Shown here: piece after piece, positions 56,946 to 64,000 of the stretch
Layout: each line of letters opens with the position of its first letter
Position numbering within the stretch: the first letter of the stretch is position 1
Source of the DNA: Candidatus Methanomethylophilaceae archaeon
Lineage (GTDB): Archaea > Thermoplasmatota > Thermoplasmata > Methanomassiliicoccales > Methanomethylophilaceae
DNA length: 64,000 bases
Direction: 5' to 3'
Assembly: GCA_944320495.1 (NCBI GenBank)
Contig: CALUHR010000003.1
Span: 139,313 to 203,312 of the forward strand
Made by a program: the position numbers and the translations under genes
Notes under the pieces: generated by a model
The model's input: only the letters and a program-made list of their open reading frames with translations
Database searches by the model: none
What the model was told of the DNA's origin: nothing

Positions 56946-58393
56946 TCCGCTTGCAGCAAGCCCTTTGGTCGGGGAGGTTCTCCGCCGGGATGGACGACTC
57001 CACCCTGGCGTTCACCTCCTCTCTGGATGTGGACTCGCACCTGGCGTTCTACGACGTCATGGGGTCGCTCGCCCATGTCAGGATGCTGAGGAAGTGCGGG
57101 ATCATCCCCGCGGAGGATGCCGATGCCATCATCGCCGGCCTGAAGGACATCCTCACCGAGGTGGAGGCCGGGAACTTCGAGTTCGACCACTCCCTTGAGG
57201 ACGTCCACACCTGCATCGAGTTAAGCCTCACCGAGGCCATCGGTCCCGCCGGCGGGAAGCTCCACACCGGCAGGAGCAGGAACGATCAGGTCGCCACCGA
57301 CTTCAGGATGTACCTCCGCGATGCGGCACTCCATGCCGCAGAGGCGATCGACACCCTCATGATGTCCCTGGTCAAGGTGGCCGAGGACAACGGGGACACC
57401 GTGATGCCCGGGTTCACCCACATGCAGCACGCGCAGCCCGTGACCCTTGCGCAGCACATGCTGGCGCACGCCTTCAGGTTCTCCCGCGATGCCGACAGGT
57501 TCCTGGACGCCTTCAGGAGGATGGACAAATGCCCCCTGGGCGCGGCCGCTCTGGCGGGGACCACATACCCCATCGACAGGAGGATGACGGCGGAGGCCCT
57601 CGGATTCAGGGAACCGACCGAGAACTCCATGGATTCCGTCAGCGACAGGGACTTCGTGACGGAGCTGGCGTACTGCGCGGCACAGACCGCGATCCATCTG
57701 TCGAGCCTGTGCGAGGAGCTCGTCCTCTGGTCATCCCAGGAGTTCAACTTCATCGAGATGGACGACAGATACACCACCGGATCGTCCATCATGCCCCAGA
57801 AGAAGAACCCGGACATAGCCGAGCTCGTGCGCGGGAAGACCGGTTCCGTCGTCGGAGCCCTGATGACGATGATCACCATGACCAAGGGGCTGCCGCTGAC
57901 GTACAACCGCGACCTGCAGGAGGATAAGGCGCCTGTGATGGGCTCCATGGAGACCGTCATCTCCAGCGCGCTGATCATGTCCAAGGTAATCTCGACGACC
58001 GTGTTCCATGGGGACAGGATGCTCGAGGTCACCAGCAGAGGGCAGATCAATGCCACAGACCTGGCGGACTACCTGGTCACCAAGGGGGTCCCCTTCAGGG
58101 AGGCCCACGGCATCGTGGGTGCCGCGGTGAGGCACAGCATCGACTCCGGGAGGAACCTGGATGACATGGACCTGGACGAGCTCAGGCAGTTCTCGGACAG
58201 GATCGAGGAGGACGTCTACGACGTCCTTCCCGTCGTCAGATGCGTAGAACGCAGGAACTCCTACGGCGGGACGTCGCCCTCGTCGACCGACGTGCAGATC
58301 TCCAAGGCCGTGGAGCAGATCATGCTCAGGGATGAGGTCGTACGCCAGGAGAAGCAGCTCATCGAGAACTGCTGGAAGGCACTGGTAGAATGA
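56942..58393 (+). CDS. argH: Argininosuccinate lyase
   Basis: LWSGRF, LHTGRSRNDQV, GSSIMPQKKNPD, PFREAH. GTG start overlapping the argG stop. Confidence 0.96.
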   Translation: MIRLQQALWSGRFSAGMDDSTLAFTSSLDVDSHLAFYDVMGSLAHVRMLRKCGIIPAEDADAIIAGLKDILTEVEAGNFEFDHSLEDVHTCIELSLTEAIGPAGGKLHTGRSRNDQVATDFRMYLRDAALHAAEAIDTLMMSLVKVAEDNGDTVMPGFTHMQHAQPVTLAQHMLAHAFRFSRDADRFLDAFRRMDKCPLGAAALAGTTYPIDRRMTAEALGFREPTENSMDSVSDRDFVTELAYCAAQTAIHLSSLCEELVLWSSQEFNFIEMDDRYTTGSSIMPQKKNPDIAELVRGKTGSVVGALMTMITMTKGLPLTYNRDLQEDKAPVMGSMETVISSALIMSKVISTTVFHGDRMLEVTSRGQINATDLADYLVTKGVPFREAHGIVGAAVRHSIDSGRNLDDMDLDELRQFSDRIEEDVYDVLPVVRCVERRNSYGGTSPSSTDVQISKAVEQIMLRDEVVRQEKQLIENCWKALVE

Positions 58394-58398
58394 TTCTG

Positions 58399-58428
58399 GA
58401 CGGGCCGGGCCGTTACGCCCGGTCCGTC
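58399..58428 (+). terminator. Hairpin after argH
   Basis: 12-bp stem GACGGGCCGGGC/GCCCGGTCCGTC (one G-U pair), then AAACTGTTTCTT. Confidence 0.75.
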
Positions 58429-58518
58429 AAACTGTTTCTTGGTGTTTCAAACCGCGATACTGGGACCACCGCAGGGACCAATCTCGGATCCAGATGCGTC
58501 GTCCGAATCGTGATCCAA

Positions 58519-59058
58519 TCATGACTCGGGGCCTGTCAGATCCGGAAAATCCAGATAACCGAATTCATACAGCCACTCGGCGAAATACCTTATTGCCTTG
58601 TCATAGTCCCAATCCATGACTCCGATTGAGTATGCGAGTGACACATTGAATTCTGTCGAGTAAACAGTCGCGTATACATCCCCGTCAACGGGTACCACCG
58701 AAGACATGCCATCGGTATCGAAGATCGAGGGTCCGATCATCGAGACCACAGCTTGTCCCGCACGCATCCGCTCGTTGACGAATTCCACAGTTTCCTCGAA
58801 GTCATCGAATTCCGGGGACGTATAGTACAGGACTATGGCATCGGCATTCCTGAGAACGTCGTGATCCTCAGTATCTGTCACCGACACCACATCCGGACCG
58901 TCAACGTCCAACGCAGCCATCGTCGTCTCATAGTACACTGGAGGTTCGGGTTCCTTCAGCTCGGAAGGAGGAAGGAAATAGCACACGGCCACTAGGCCTA
59001 TGATGACGACGACCAACAGTATTATCGAGTTCGTCTTGTTGATTTCATTCCCCTCCAA
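58519..59058 (-). CDS. Membrane-anchored acidic protein, paralog 1
   Basis: N-terminal TM, then VCYFLPPS...VYYETTM.ALDVDG. AT-richer region. Confidence 0.75.
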   Translation of the reverse strand: MEGNEINKTNSIILLVVVIIGLVAVCYFLPPSELKEPEPPVYYETTMAALDVDGPDVVSVTDTEDHDVLRNADAIVLYYTSPEFDDFEETVEFVNERMRAGQAVVSMIGPSIFDTDGMSSVVPVDGDVYATVYSTEFNVSLAYSIGVMDWDYDKAIRYFAEWLYEFGYLDFPDLTGPES

Positions 59059-59248
59059 TTTAAAATCGATTTATGGTAAAAAAAATTACTATCATAAATC
59101 GGAGATCGAAACATCATGAGACATTTGGGATTCCAGACCAGAATACCCATTTTATGTATTCAACACGGTCCCAGAATAGCTGAAATCCTGAGTCTTGGCA
59201 TATAGGAATATCTTCAACATCTTGATCCGATAACCTAGCTCGACATGA

Positions 59249-59278
59249 GATGGATCAGACATATGAGCCTGATCCATC
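59249..59278 (-). terminator. Hairpin between the two paralogs
   Basis: Perfect 10-bp stem GATGGATCAG/CTGATCCATC. Confidence 0.6.
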
Positions 59279-59294
59279 GAACTGTTTGTTTCGT

Positions 59295-59858
59295 TTATGA
59301 TTCAGGAACATCGCCAGAATCGTTCTCCACTTCCGGAATGTCATAGTGCCATGACGGTTCAGGGGCCTCTATGTCCGGATAACCGAGATCGTACAACCAC
59401 TCGGCCACATTCTCCATGGCATCGAAATAGCTCCCGCCTGCATAGAATGCCGGAGCATTCAGTTCCGGAGAATAGGCTATCGCGAACACATCTGTGTCCA
59501 CACCTATCCCTAGGGACATCCCGTCGCTGCTGAATACAGAGGATCCGATCAACGATACGACCGCCTGGCCAGCCCTCATCCTCTCATTCAGAAATGCGAC
59601 GGTCTCCTCATAGTCATCGAATTCAGGGGATGTATAGTTCAGGACCAGAGCATCTGCGTTCTTGAGGATCTCCAGGTCATCCGTCTCGATCACAGACACC
59701 ACAGTCTTCCCATCCACATCCAATGCGGACATGGTCGTCTCGTAATACACGGGCCGCTCAGGTTCCTCAAACTCATTGGATGGGGGGAGGAAATAGCACA
59801 CAGCCGCCAGAACTATGACGATTCCAATGAAAAGTCCTACACTCGTTCTTTGGTCCAT
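59295..59858 (-). CDS. Membrane-anchored acidic protein, paralog 2
   Basis: Clearly alignable with 58519..59058 (YTSPEFDD.EETV.F.NERMRAGQAVVS.IG). Confidence 0.75.
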   Translation of the reverse strand: MDQRTSVGLFIGIVIVLAAVCYFLPPSNEFEEPERPVYYETTMSALDVDGKTVVSVIETDDLEILKNADALVLNYTSPEFDDYEETVAFLNERMRAGQAVVSLIGSSVFSSDGMSLGIGVDTDVFAIAYSPELNAPAFYAGGSYFDAMENVAEWLYDLGYPDIEAPEPSWHYDIPEVENDSGDVPES

Positions 59859-60065
59859 AATTCCCCTCCAGAATTTACTACGATTATCTCTATATAATAT
59901 TTATGATTGGATATGTAAAAAAAATCATAGTCATGTAGCTCGAAATTATAATTCTTTGAAATACGATATAGTTTGAACGAATTCTGATGAAACCAGGTGG
60001 CTGACGGCTTGAAGCTTATGATATGATTCAGTTAGTCTTATTAACACATATCATGACATAACATC

Positions 60066-60326
60066 ATGGGTGAATTCTGCTACTGTCCGAAGTGCCAAGA
60101 GAACAGATATCTCGGGAGGAGCCTCGAGAACGACCAACTGGCGGCGTTCATCGTCCTGATGCTTCTCGGATATATCACGATCACCATCAATCACAGTGTC
60201 CTGATCATTGGATACACACCGGCGATAATCTACCTGGTATACGTATTAACAAAGAAGAAGAGATGCCCGGTCTGCAGGACCCCCATCGACAAGCTGGAGC
60301 CTCCCAGGATCAAGTTCGAGGAATGA
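60066..60326 (+). CDS. Small split zinc-ribbon membrane protein (LITAF-like layout)
   Basis: CPKC, then a hydrophobic hairpin, then CPVC. Confidence 0.7.
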   Translation: MGEFCYCPKCQENRYLGRSLENDQLAAFIVLMLLGYITITINHSVLIIGYTPAIIYLVYVLTKKKRCPVCRTPIDKLEPPRIKFEE

Positions 60327-60366
60327 GTCCGGAACCCACGATATCGAAATCATCCAAACATGTTTC

Positions 60367-60421
60367 CCGGAACCCCTGACACGATTCAGACACGTTCCAT
60401 GGATCGTGTCACGGGTTCCGG
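60367..60421. terminator. 19-bp imperfect inverted repeat between convergent genes
   Basis: CCGGAACCCCTGACACGAT versus ATCGTGTCACGGGTTCCGG (18 of 19 pairs). Confidence 0.65.
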
Positions 60422-60452
60422 AGATGAACTCCTTGAATTATCCGAGATACGG

Positions 60453-61883
60453 TTAATCCTCGAAATCCGCAGGATGCCCGTTCTCCCCGTACGCCCTGCG
60501 CTCGTTCACCACCCAGGACAGGATGAGCGCCAGGGCGGACACGGCCAGGCCGACGACCATCGTTATCAGATACCCGTCCATGAACACATCCGGTGCGAGA
60601 TCCGCGAAGGACTGGCCCGACGCTCCCGATCCGAGGGTGAAGACACCGGCGAACAGGGCGGAACCGAGCGCACTGCCCAGATACACGTAGAAGGAGAGCA
60701 GCGCGGATCCGTCACCGCGATGGTTCTTCGGCACGTTGTCCACTATCCTGCTCCCGGCGGATCCCCCTCCAACACCCCATACGAGACCGAGGGCGGCGTA
60801 TCCGGCGATGATCAGCCAGAGGGGCGACTCCGCGTCATAGAGGCAGTACAGGAGCATCGCGATGGTGTTGATGACCACGCTGGCGACCACCATGGGCCTG
60901 TTGCCCTTCTTGTCGGCATGCTTGCCCGCCCACATACAGGTCATCAGCGTGAACAGGGCGGTTACCATGAGGAACATACCGCTAGTGACCGAGTCGTATC
61001 CCATCTCCACCCTCATGAAGAACGGGAGGATGTACAGGGACCCTGTGTAGCAGATGTTCATGATTATGTAGACAAGCGTGACGGCGCAGAATCTCCAGTT
61101 GTGGAATAGACGGAAGTTGATGACCGGGAACCTGGTCCTGCGCTCCTTGACGATGAACATAGCGAGGAAGGCCACGAAGACGATGATTGATGCTGTCGTG
61201 ACCGTAGTCAGCCCATCGGACGGTAGGGCCTCCAGGACGTATAGCCCTGCCACCAGGGCTACGAACAGAAGGGCAGAACCCAGATAGTCGAACGAACTCC
61301 TGTCGAATCCCTCGTCCTTGGGTAGCACGCGGTGCGCTATGAAGGCGGCAATCAGCCCTATGGGGATGTTGATGAAGAACACCCAGTGCCATGAGAGCAT
61401 CTGGGTCAGGAATCCCCCGAACACGGGGCCCAGCGCCGCACCGATGAAGTACCCGACGAGACCGACGGACAGGCCGAATGCAGTCCTGTTAGAGGGGAGG
61501 AACTTAACGACGAGTAGGATGCACGATGCTGCGAGCATGGATGCGCCGATGCCCTGTATAGCCCTGAACGCCAGGAGCATCCACATGCTCTGGGACAGCC
61601 CGCATGCCAGCGATGCTATGCTGAAGATGAGGAACCCGCCGATCAGGACCCTCTTGATGGCCCCGCAGTCGGACAGCTTACCGAACATCAGGATCAGACC
61701 GGACATCGTCAGGAAGTAGATCGTGATGACCCAGGACGAAAGTCCAGGGTCCACTCCAAATTCGGCGGAGATGTCCGGAAGGGCGATGTTGACGATCGTG
61801 CCGTCCATACCATCGAGGAACATCCCTAGAACCATCGTTATGAGGATGAACGTCCCCGACTTGGCCAGCTCGTCTGATTCCAT
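60453..61883 (-). CDS. MFS transporter (DHA2/EmrB-like)
   Basis: LDGMDGTIVNIALP, GKLSD, RAIQGIG, GPVFGG.LT...WHWVF.INIPIG. Confidence 0.92.
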   Translation of the reverse strand: MESDELAKSGTFILITMVLGMFLDGMDGTIVNIALPDISAEFGVDPGLSSWVITIYFLTMSGLILMFGKLSDCGAIKRVLIGGFLIFSIASLACGLSQSMWMLLAFRAIQGIGASMLAASCILLVVKFLPSNRTAFGLSVGLVGYFIGAALGPVFGGFLTQMLSWHWVFFINIPIGLIAAFIAHRVLPKDEGFDRSSFDYLGSALLFVALVAGLYVLEALPSDGLTTVTTASIIVFVAFLAMFIVKERRTRFPVINFRLFHNWRFCAVTLVYIIMNICYTGSLYILPFFMRVEMGYDSVTSGMFLMVTALFTLMTCMWAGKHADKKGNRPMVVASVVINTIAMLLYCLYDAESPLWLIIAGYAALGLVWGVGGGSAGSRIVDNVPKNHRGDGSALLSFYVYLGSALGSALFAGVFTLGSGASGQSFADLAPDVFMDGYLITMVVGLAVSALALILSWVVNERRAYGENGHPADFED

Positions 61884-62016
61884 GCCGGAAATATGGTTAA
61901 ATCACTTTAACTAAGTATCGACACGAAGAGGATAGAATCCCGACTCTGGCACTTCAGGATATGGGGAATGGTGTTTATCCCCCGTCGAACGAAGGCCCGA
62001 CGGGGGTCGACGATGG

Positions 62017-63693
62017 TCAGCGGTGGGCGAACACCATGGCTACGCCGCCCTCGCCCTTCCTCTCGATGCGGGCGAATCCGACCCTCTCGAGCTGGACCAT
62101 GTCACCGGTCGCGTCGAGTATGGAACGCTCCACGGACCCGTTCCTGACGGACCCGTCGGGCATGGCCAGGGTGGCGGGCACGGCATCGGCACCGACCCAC
62201 TGGACGGCGTGGACTCCCTGCCTCAGGATGGATAGGTCGTTCCCGGCGTACCTGGCAGGCTGACCGTAGTCGAGGTTGCAGAGGTCCTTGAGACGGACCC
62301 TGCCGGCCTCCTGGAACATCGCGGAATCGGCGGCGGACACGTACACGGTCTTGCTGCCGGTGAGCTCGTACTCCCTGTATCCATGGTCGGGATGGTCCGG
62401 ATGCCTGGGTGCCCTGCCCTCGATCACATCGACGCCTTCGATGTCGTACCTCACTGGATCCTCGACGAAGAAATACCTGTCCGAGACCGGGTCTATGATC
62501 TCCCTGTTCTTCATGTACAGGGTATCCCAGGAGAACTGGACGTCGACCGGCTTGATGCCAGCCTCCAGCCAATAGTTCCTGATTGCCTCGGCGGTGATGC
62601 CACGCCTCTGAAGGGCGCGAACGGTGCCGATCCTGACATCGTTCCATCCGCAGTACTCGCCGGACTTGATGCCCTTGCCGATGACCGAGGTCTTGAGGAT
62701 TGTGTCCTCGATGTGGACGAGACCATAGTGGTAGTACACGGGCTTCTTCCATCCGAAGTAGTCGAAGACGTATTCCTGCCTGAACGTGTTGTTCAGGTGG
62801 TCCTTCCCCCTGATGACATGGGTCATGCCCATCTCGTGATCGTCGACTGCGACGGCCAGATTCATCATCGGGTAGATGCGGTACTTGTCTCCGGTCCTCG
62901 GGTGGGGATGGTCCACGATCCTGAGCGCGACGAAGTCCCTGATGGCGGGGTTCGGATGGTTGAGGTCGGTCTTGACGACGACGACGGCCTCCCCCTCGGC
63001 GTACTCGCCGGCGAGGAACCTGTCGTACCTCTCGAGCTGCTCTTCTACAGGGAGGTCATGGCACGGGCATGCCTGCCCGTGCTCCTTCAGCTCTCTCCAG
63101 TGGTCCCCGTTGCAGGTGCAGACGTATGCTTTGCCCATCTCCAGGAGCTTCCTGGTGTAGTCGTAGTAAATCTCAAACCTGTCCGACTGGTAGTACGTTC
63201 TGCCGATGCCGACGCCCATCCAGTCAAGGTCCTCGATGATCATGTCATAGGCGTCGGGCCAGAGCCTCTCAGGGTTGGTGTCCTCGAACCTGAGCACAAG
63301 CTCCCCGCCGTACCTCTTGACGTACTCGTCGTTGAGCACCGACGCCCTGGTGTGCCCTATGTGCAGAGGACCGGACGGACCGGGTGCGATGCGCATGACG
63401 ACCTTGCCCTCGACGTTCTCGAGCTCTGGGAGCTCGTACTTGCGCTCCTTCTTCTCCTTCACGAGGAGGGACGAGTCGATACCCTCCAGGGCCTTCTTCT
63501 GAGCGTCAAGACCCATGGCGTTGACATCCGCCACGATGGCCTCGACGGCCTCCCTGACCTCGCCTGCCTTGGATCTGAGCTCGGGGCACTCTCCCAGGAC
63601 CTTGCCCAGGACGGCCTTCGGATTCGCCTTCCCATTGAAGAAAACAGCATTCTGCAATGCATATTTTCTGATTGTCTGGGTCTCATCTTCCAT
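62017..63693 (-). CDS. gltX: Glutamyl-tRNA synthetase (archaeal type)
   Basis: RIAPGPSGPLHIGH, LRFEDTNP, YQSDR, DDHEMGMTHVIRGKDH, LERVGFAR. Confidence 0.97.
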   Translation of the reverse strand: MEDETQTIRKYALQNAVFFNGKANPKAVLGKVLGECPELRSKAGEVREAVEAIVADVNAMGLDAQKKALEGIDSSLLVKEKKERKYELPELENVEGKVVMRIAPGPSGPLHIGHTRASVLNDEYVKRYGGELVLRFEDTNPERLWPDAYDMIIEDLDWMGVGIGRTYYQSDRFEIYYDYTRKLLEMGKAYVCTCNGDHWRELKEHGQACPCHDLPVEEQLERYDRFLAGEYAEGEAVVVVKTDLNHPNPAIRDFVALRIVDHPHPRTGDKYRIYPMMNLAVAVDDHEMGMTHVIRGKDHLNNTFRQEYVFDYFGWKKPVYYHYGLVHIEDTILKTSVIGKGIKSGEYCGWNDVRIGTVRALQRRGITAEAIRNYWLEAGIKPVDVQFSWDTLYMKNREIIDPVSDRYFFVEDPVRYDIEGVDVIEGRAPRHPDHPDHGYREYELTGSKTVYVSAADSAMFQEAGRVRLKDLCNLDYGQPARYAGNDLSILRQGVHAVQWVGADAVPATLAMPDGSVRNGSVERSILDATGDMVQLERVGFARIERKGEGGVAMVFAHR

Positions 63694-63866
63694 GGCACGC
63701 CGAACCCTCTGGCACGTATATAAGGGTTTGACAGCGCGCGACCGCCGGTACGAGGGCGTCCATGGACCGCCTGGCACATCGATAGAGAACAGATGATGGA
63801 ATTATCCCCGCTCACGGTTAAAGGAGGAAAACAGGCCGTTCTGAACGGGGGTAAGGGGTTTGGGGT

Positions 63867-63892
63867 GTGATCGCACCCGGGGGTGCGATCAC
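63867..63892 (-). terminator. Perfect 12-bp inverted repeat overlapping a stop codon
   Basis: GTGATCGCACCC-GG-GGGTGCGATCAC, followed on the minus strand by CCCCAAACCCCTTAC. Confidence 0.75.
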
Positions 63893-64000
63893 TGGAGCGC
63901 GGCCTTCATCTTGGCGGCGCAGTCGAGGGCGTTCTCGGAGTAGATGTCGGCTCCGATCTCCTCGGCCCACTGCTGGCTGGTGGGGGCTCCGCCGATGTTG
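63889..64000 (-). CDS. C-terminus of a corrinoid protein (partial)
   Basis: NIGGAPTSQQWAEEIGADIYSENA...*, a typical B12-binding domain end. Confidence 0.85.
   Translation of the reverse strand, partial: NIGGAPTSQQWAEEIGADIYSENALDCAAKMKAALQ

Noticed and set aside
153-63815. Many long overlapping ORFs in the track (e.g. 337..1794, 12906..14627, 45503..46888, 62383..63723)
   Set aside because: Antisense or off-frame shadows of real genes in GC-rich DNA. They are rich in R/G/P/H or V/D/L and show no family motifs.
1-64000. In-frame TAG (pyrrolysine) genes
   Set aside because: I looked at the split or truncated ORFs. The breaks are frameshifts or deletions, not single in-frame TAGs, and no methylamine methyltransferase or pyl gene lies in the window.

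Overview
Archaeal chromosome segment, most likely a GC-rich Methanomassiliicoccales (Methanomethylophilaceae-like) methanogen. Evidence: TBP, ABCE1/RLI, archaeal GltX and long FKBP, two methyltransferase corrinoid proteins, and TATA-led short-leader genes. Most of it is housekeeping: pyrDK, metG, argCJBD/argGH, cysK-metA, gltX, transporters, and tRNA-Cys(GCA), tRNA-Thr(TGT) and tRNA-Arg(CCT). The strongest signal is in the genetic code itself. The codon CGA appears to act as a STOP codon here. I found no internal CGA in the roughly 45 genes whose Arg codons I read by eye. In nine genes the first in-frame CGA sits at or near the plausible C-terminus, and the standard-code ORF runs on through terminators or convergent genes. 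Two convergent genes end on one shared TCGA palindrome, and two further genes end CGA-TGA or CGA-TAA. For those nine genes the coordinates below use the CGA end. Other highlights: a candidate RiPP locus (double-Gly Cys-rich precursor, radical SAM/SPASM enzyme, DUF5685-like protein with prenyltransferase-like motifs); a TrpE-integrase chimera beside tRNA-Thr; an AT-rich DUF6978/DUF1828-1829 insert; a DUF3800 remnant with a downstream structured element; and two phased repeat arrays. Family names come from motif recognition only; no searches were run.
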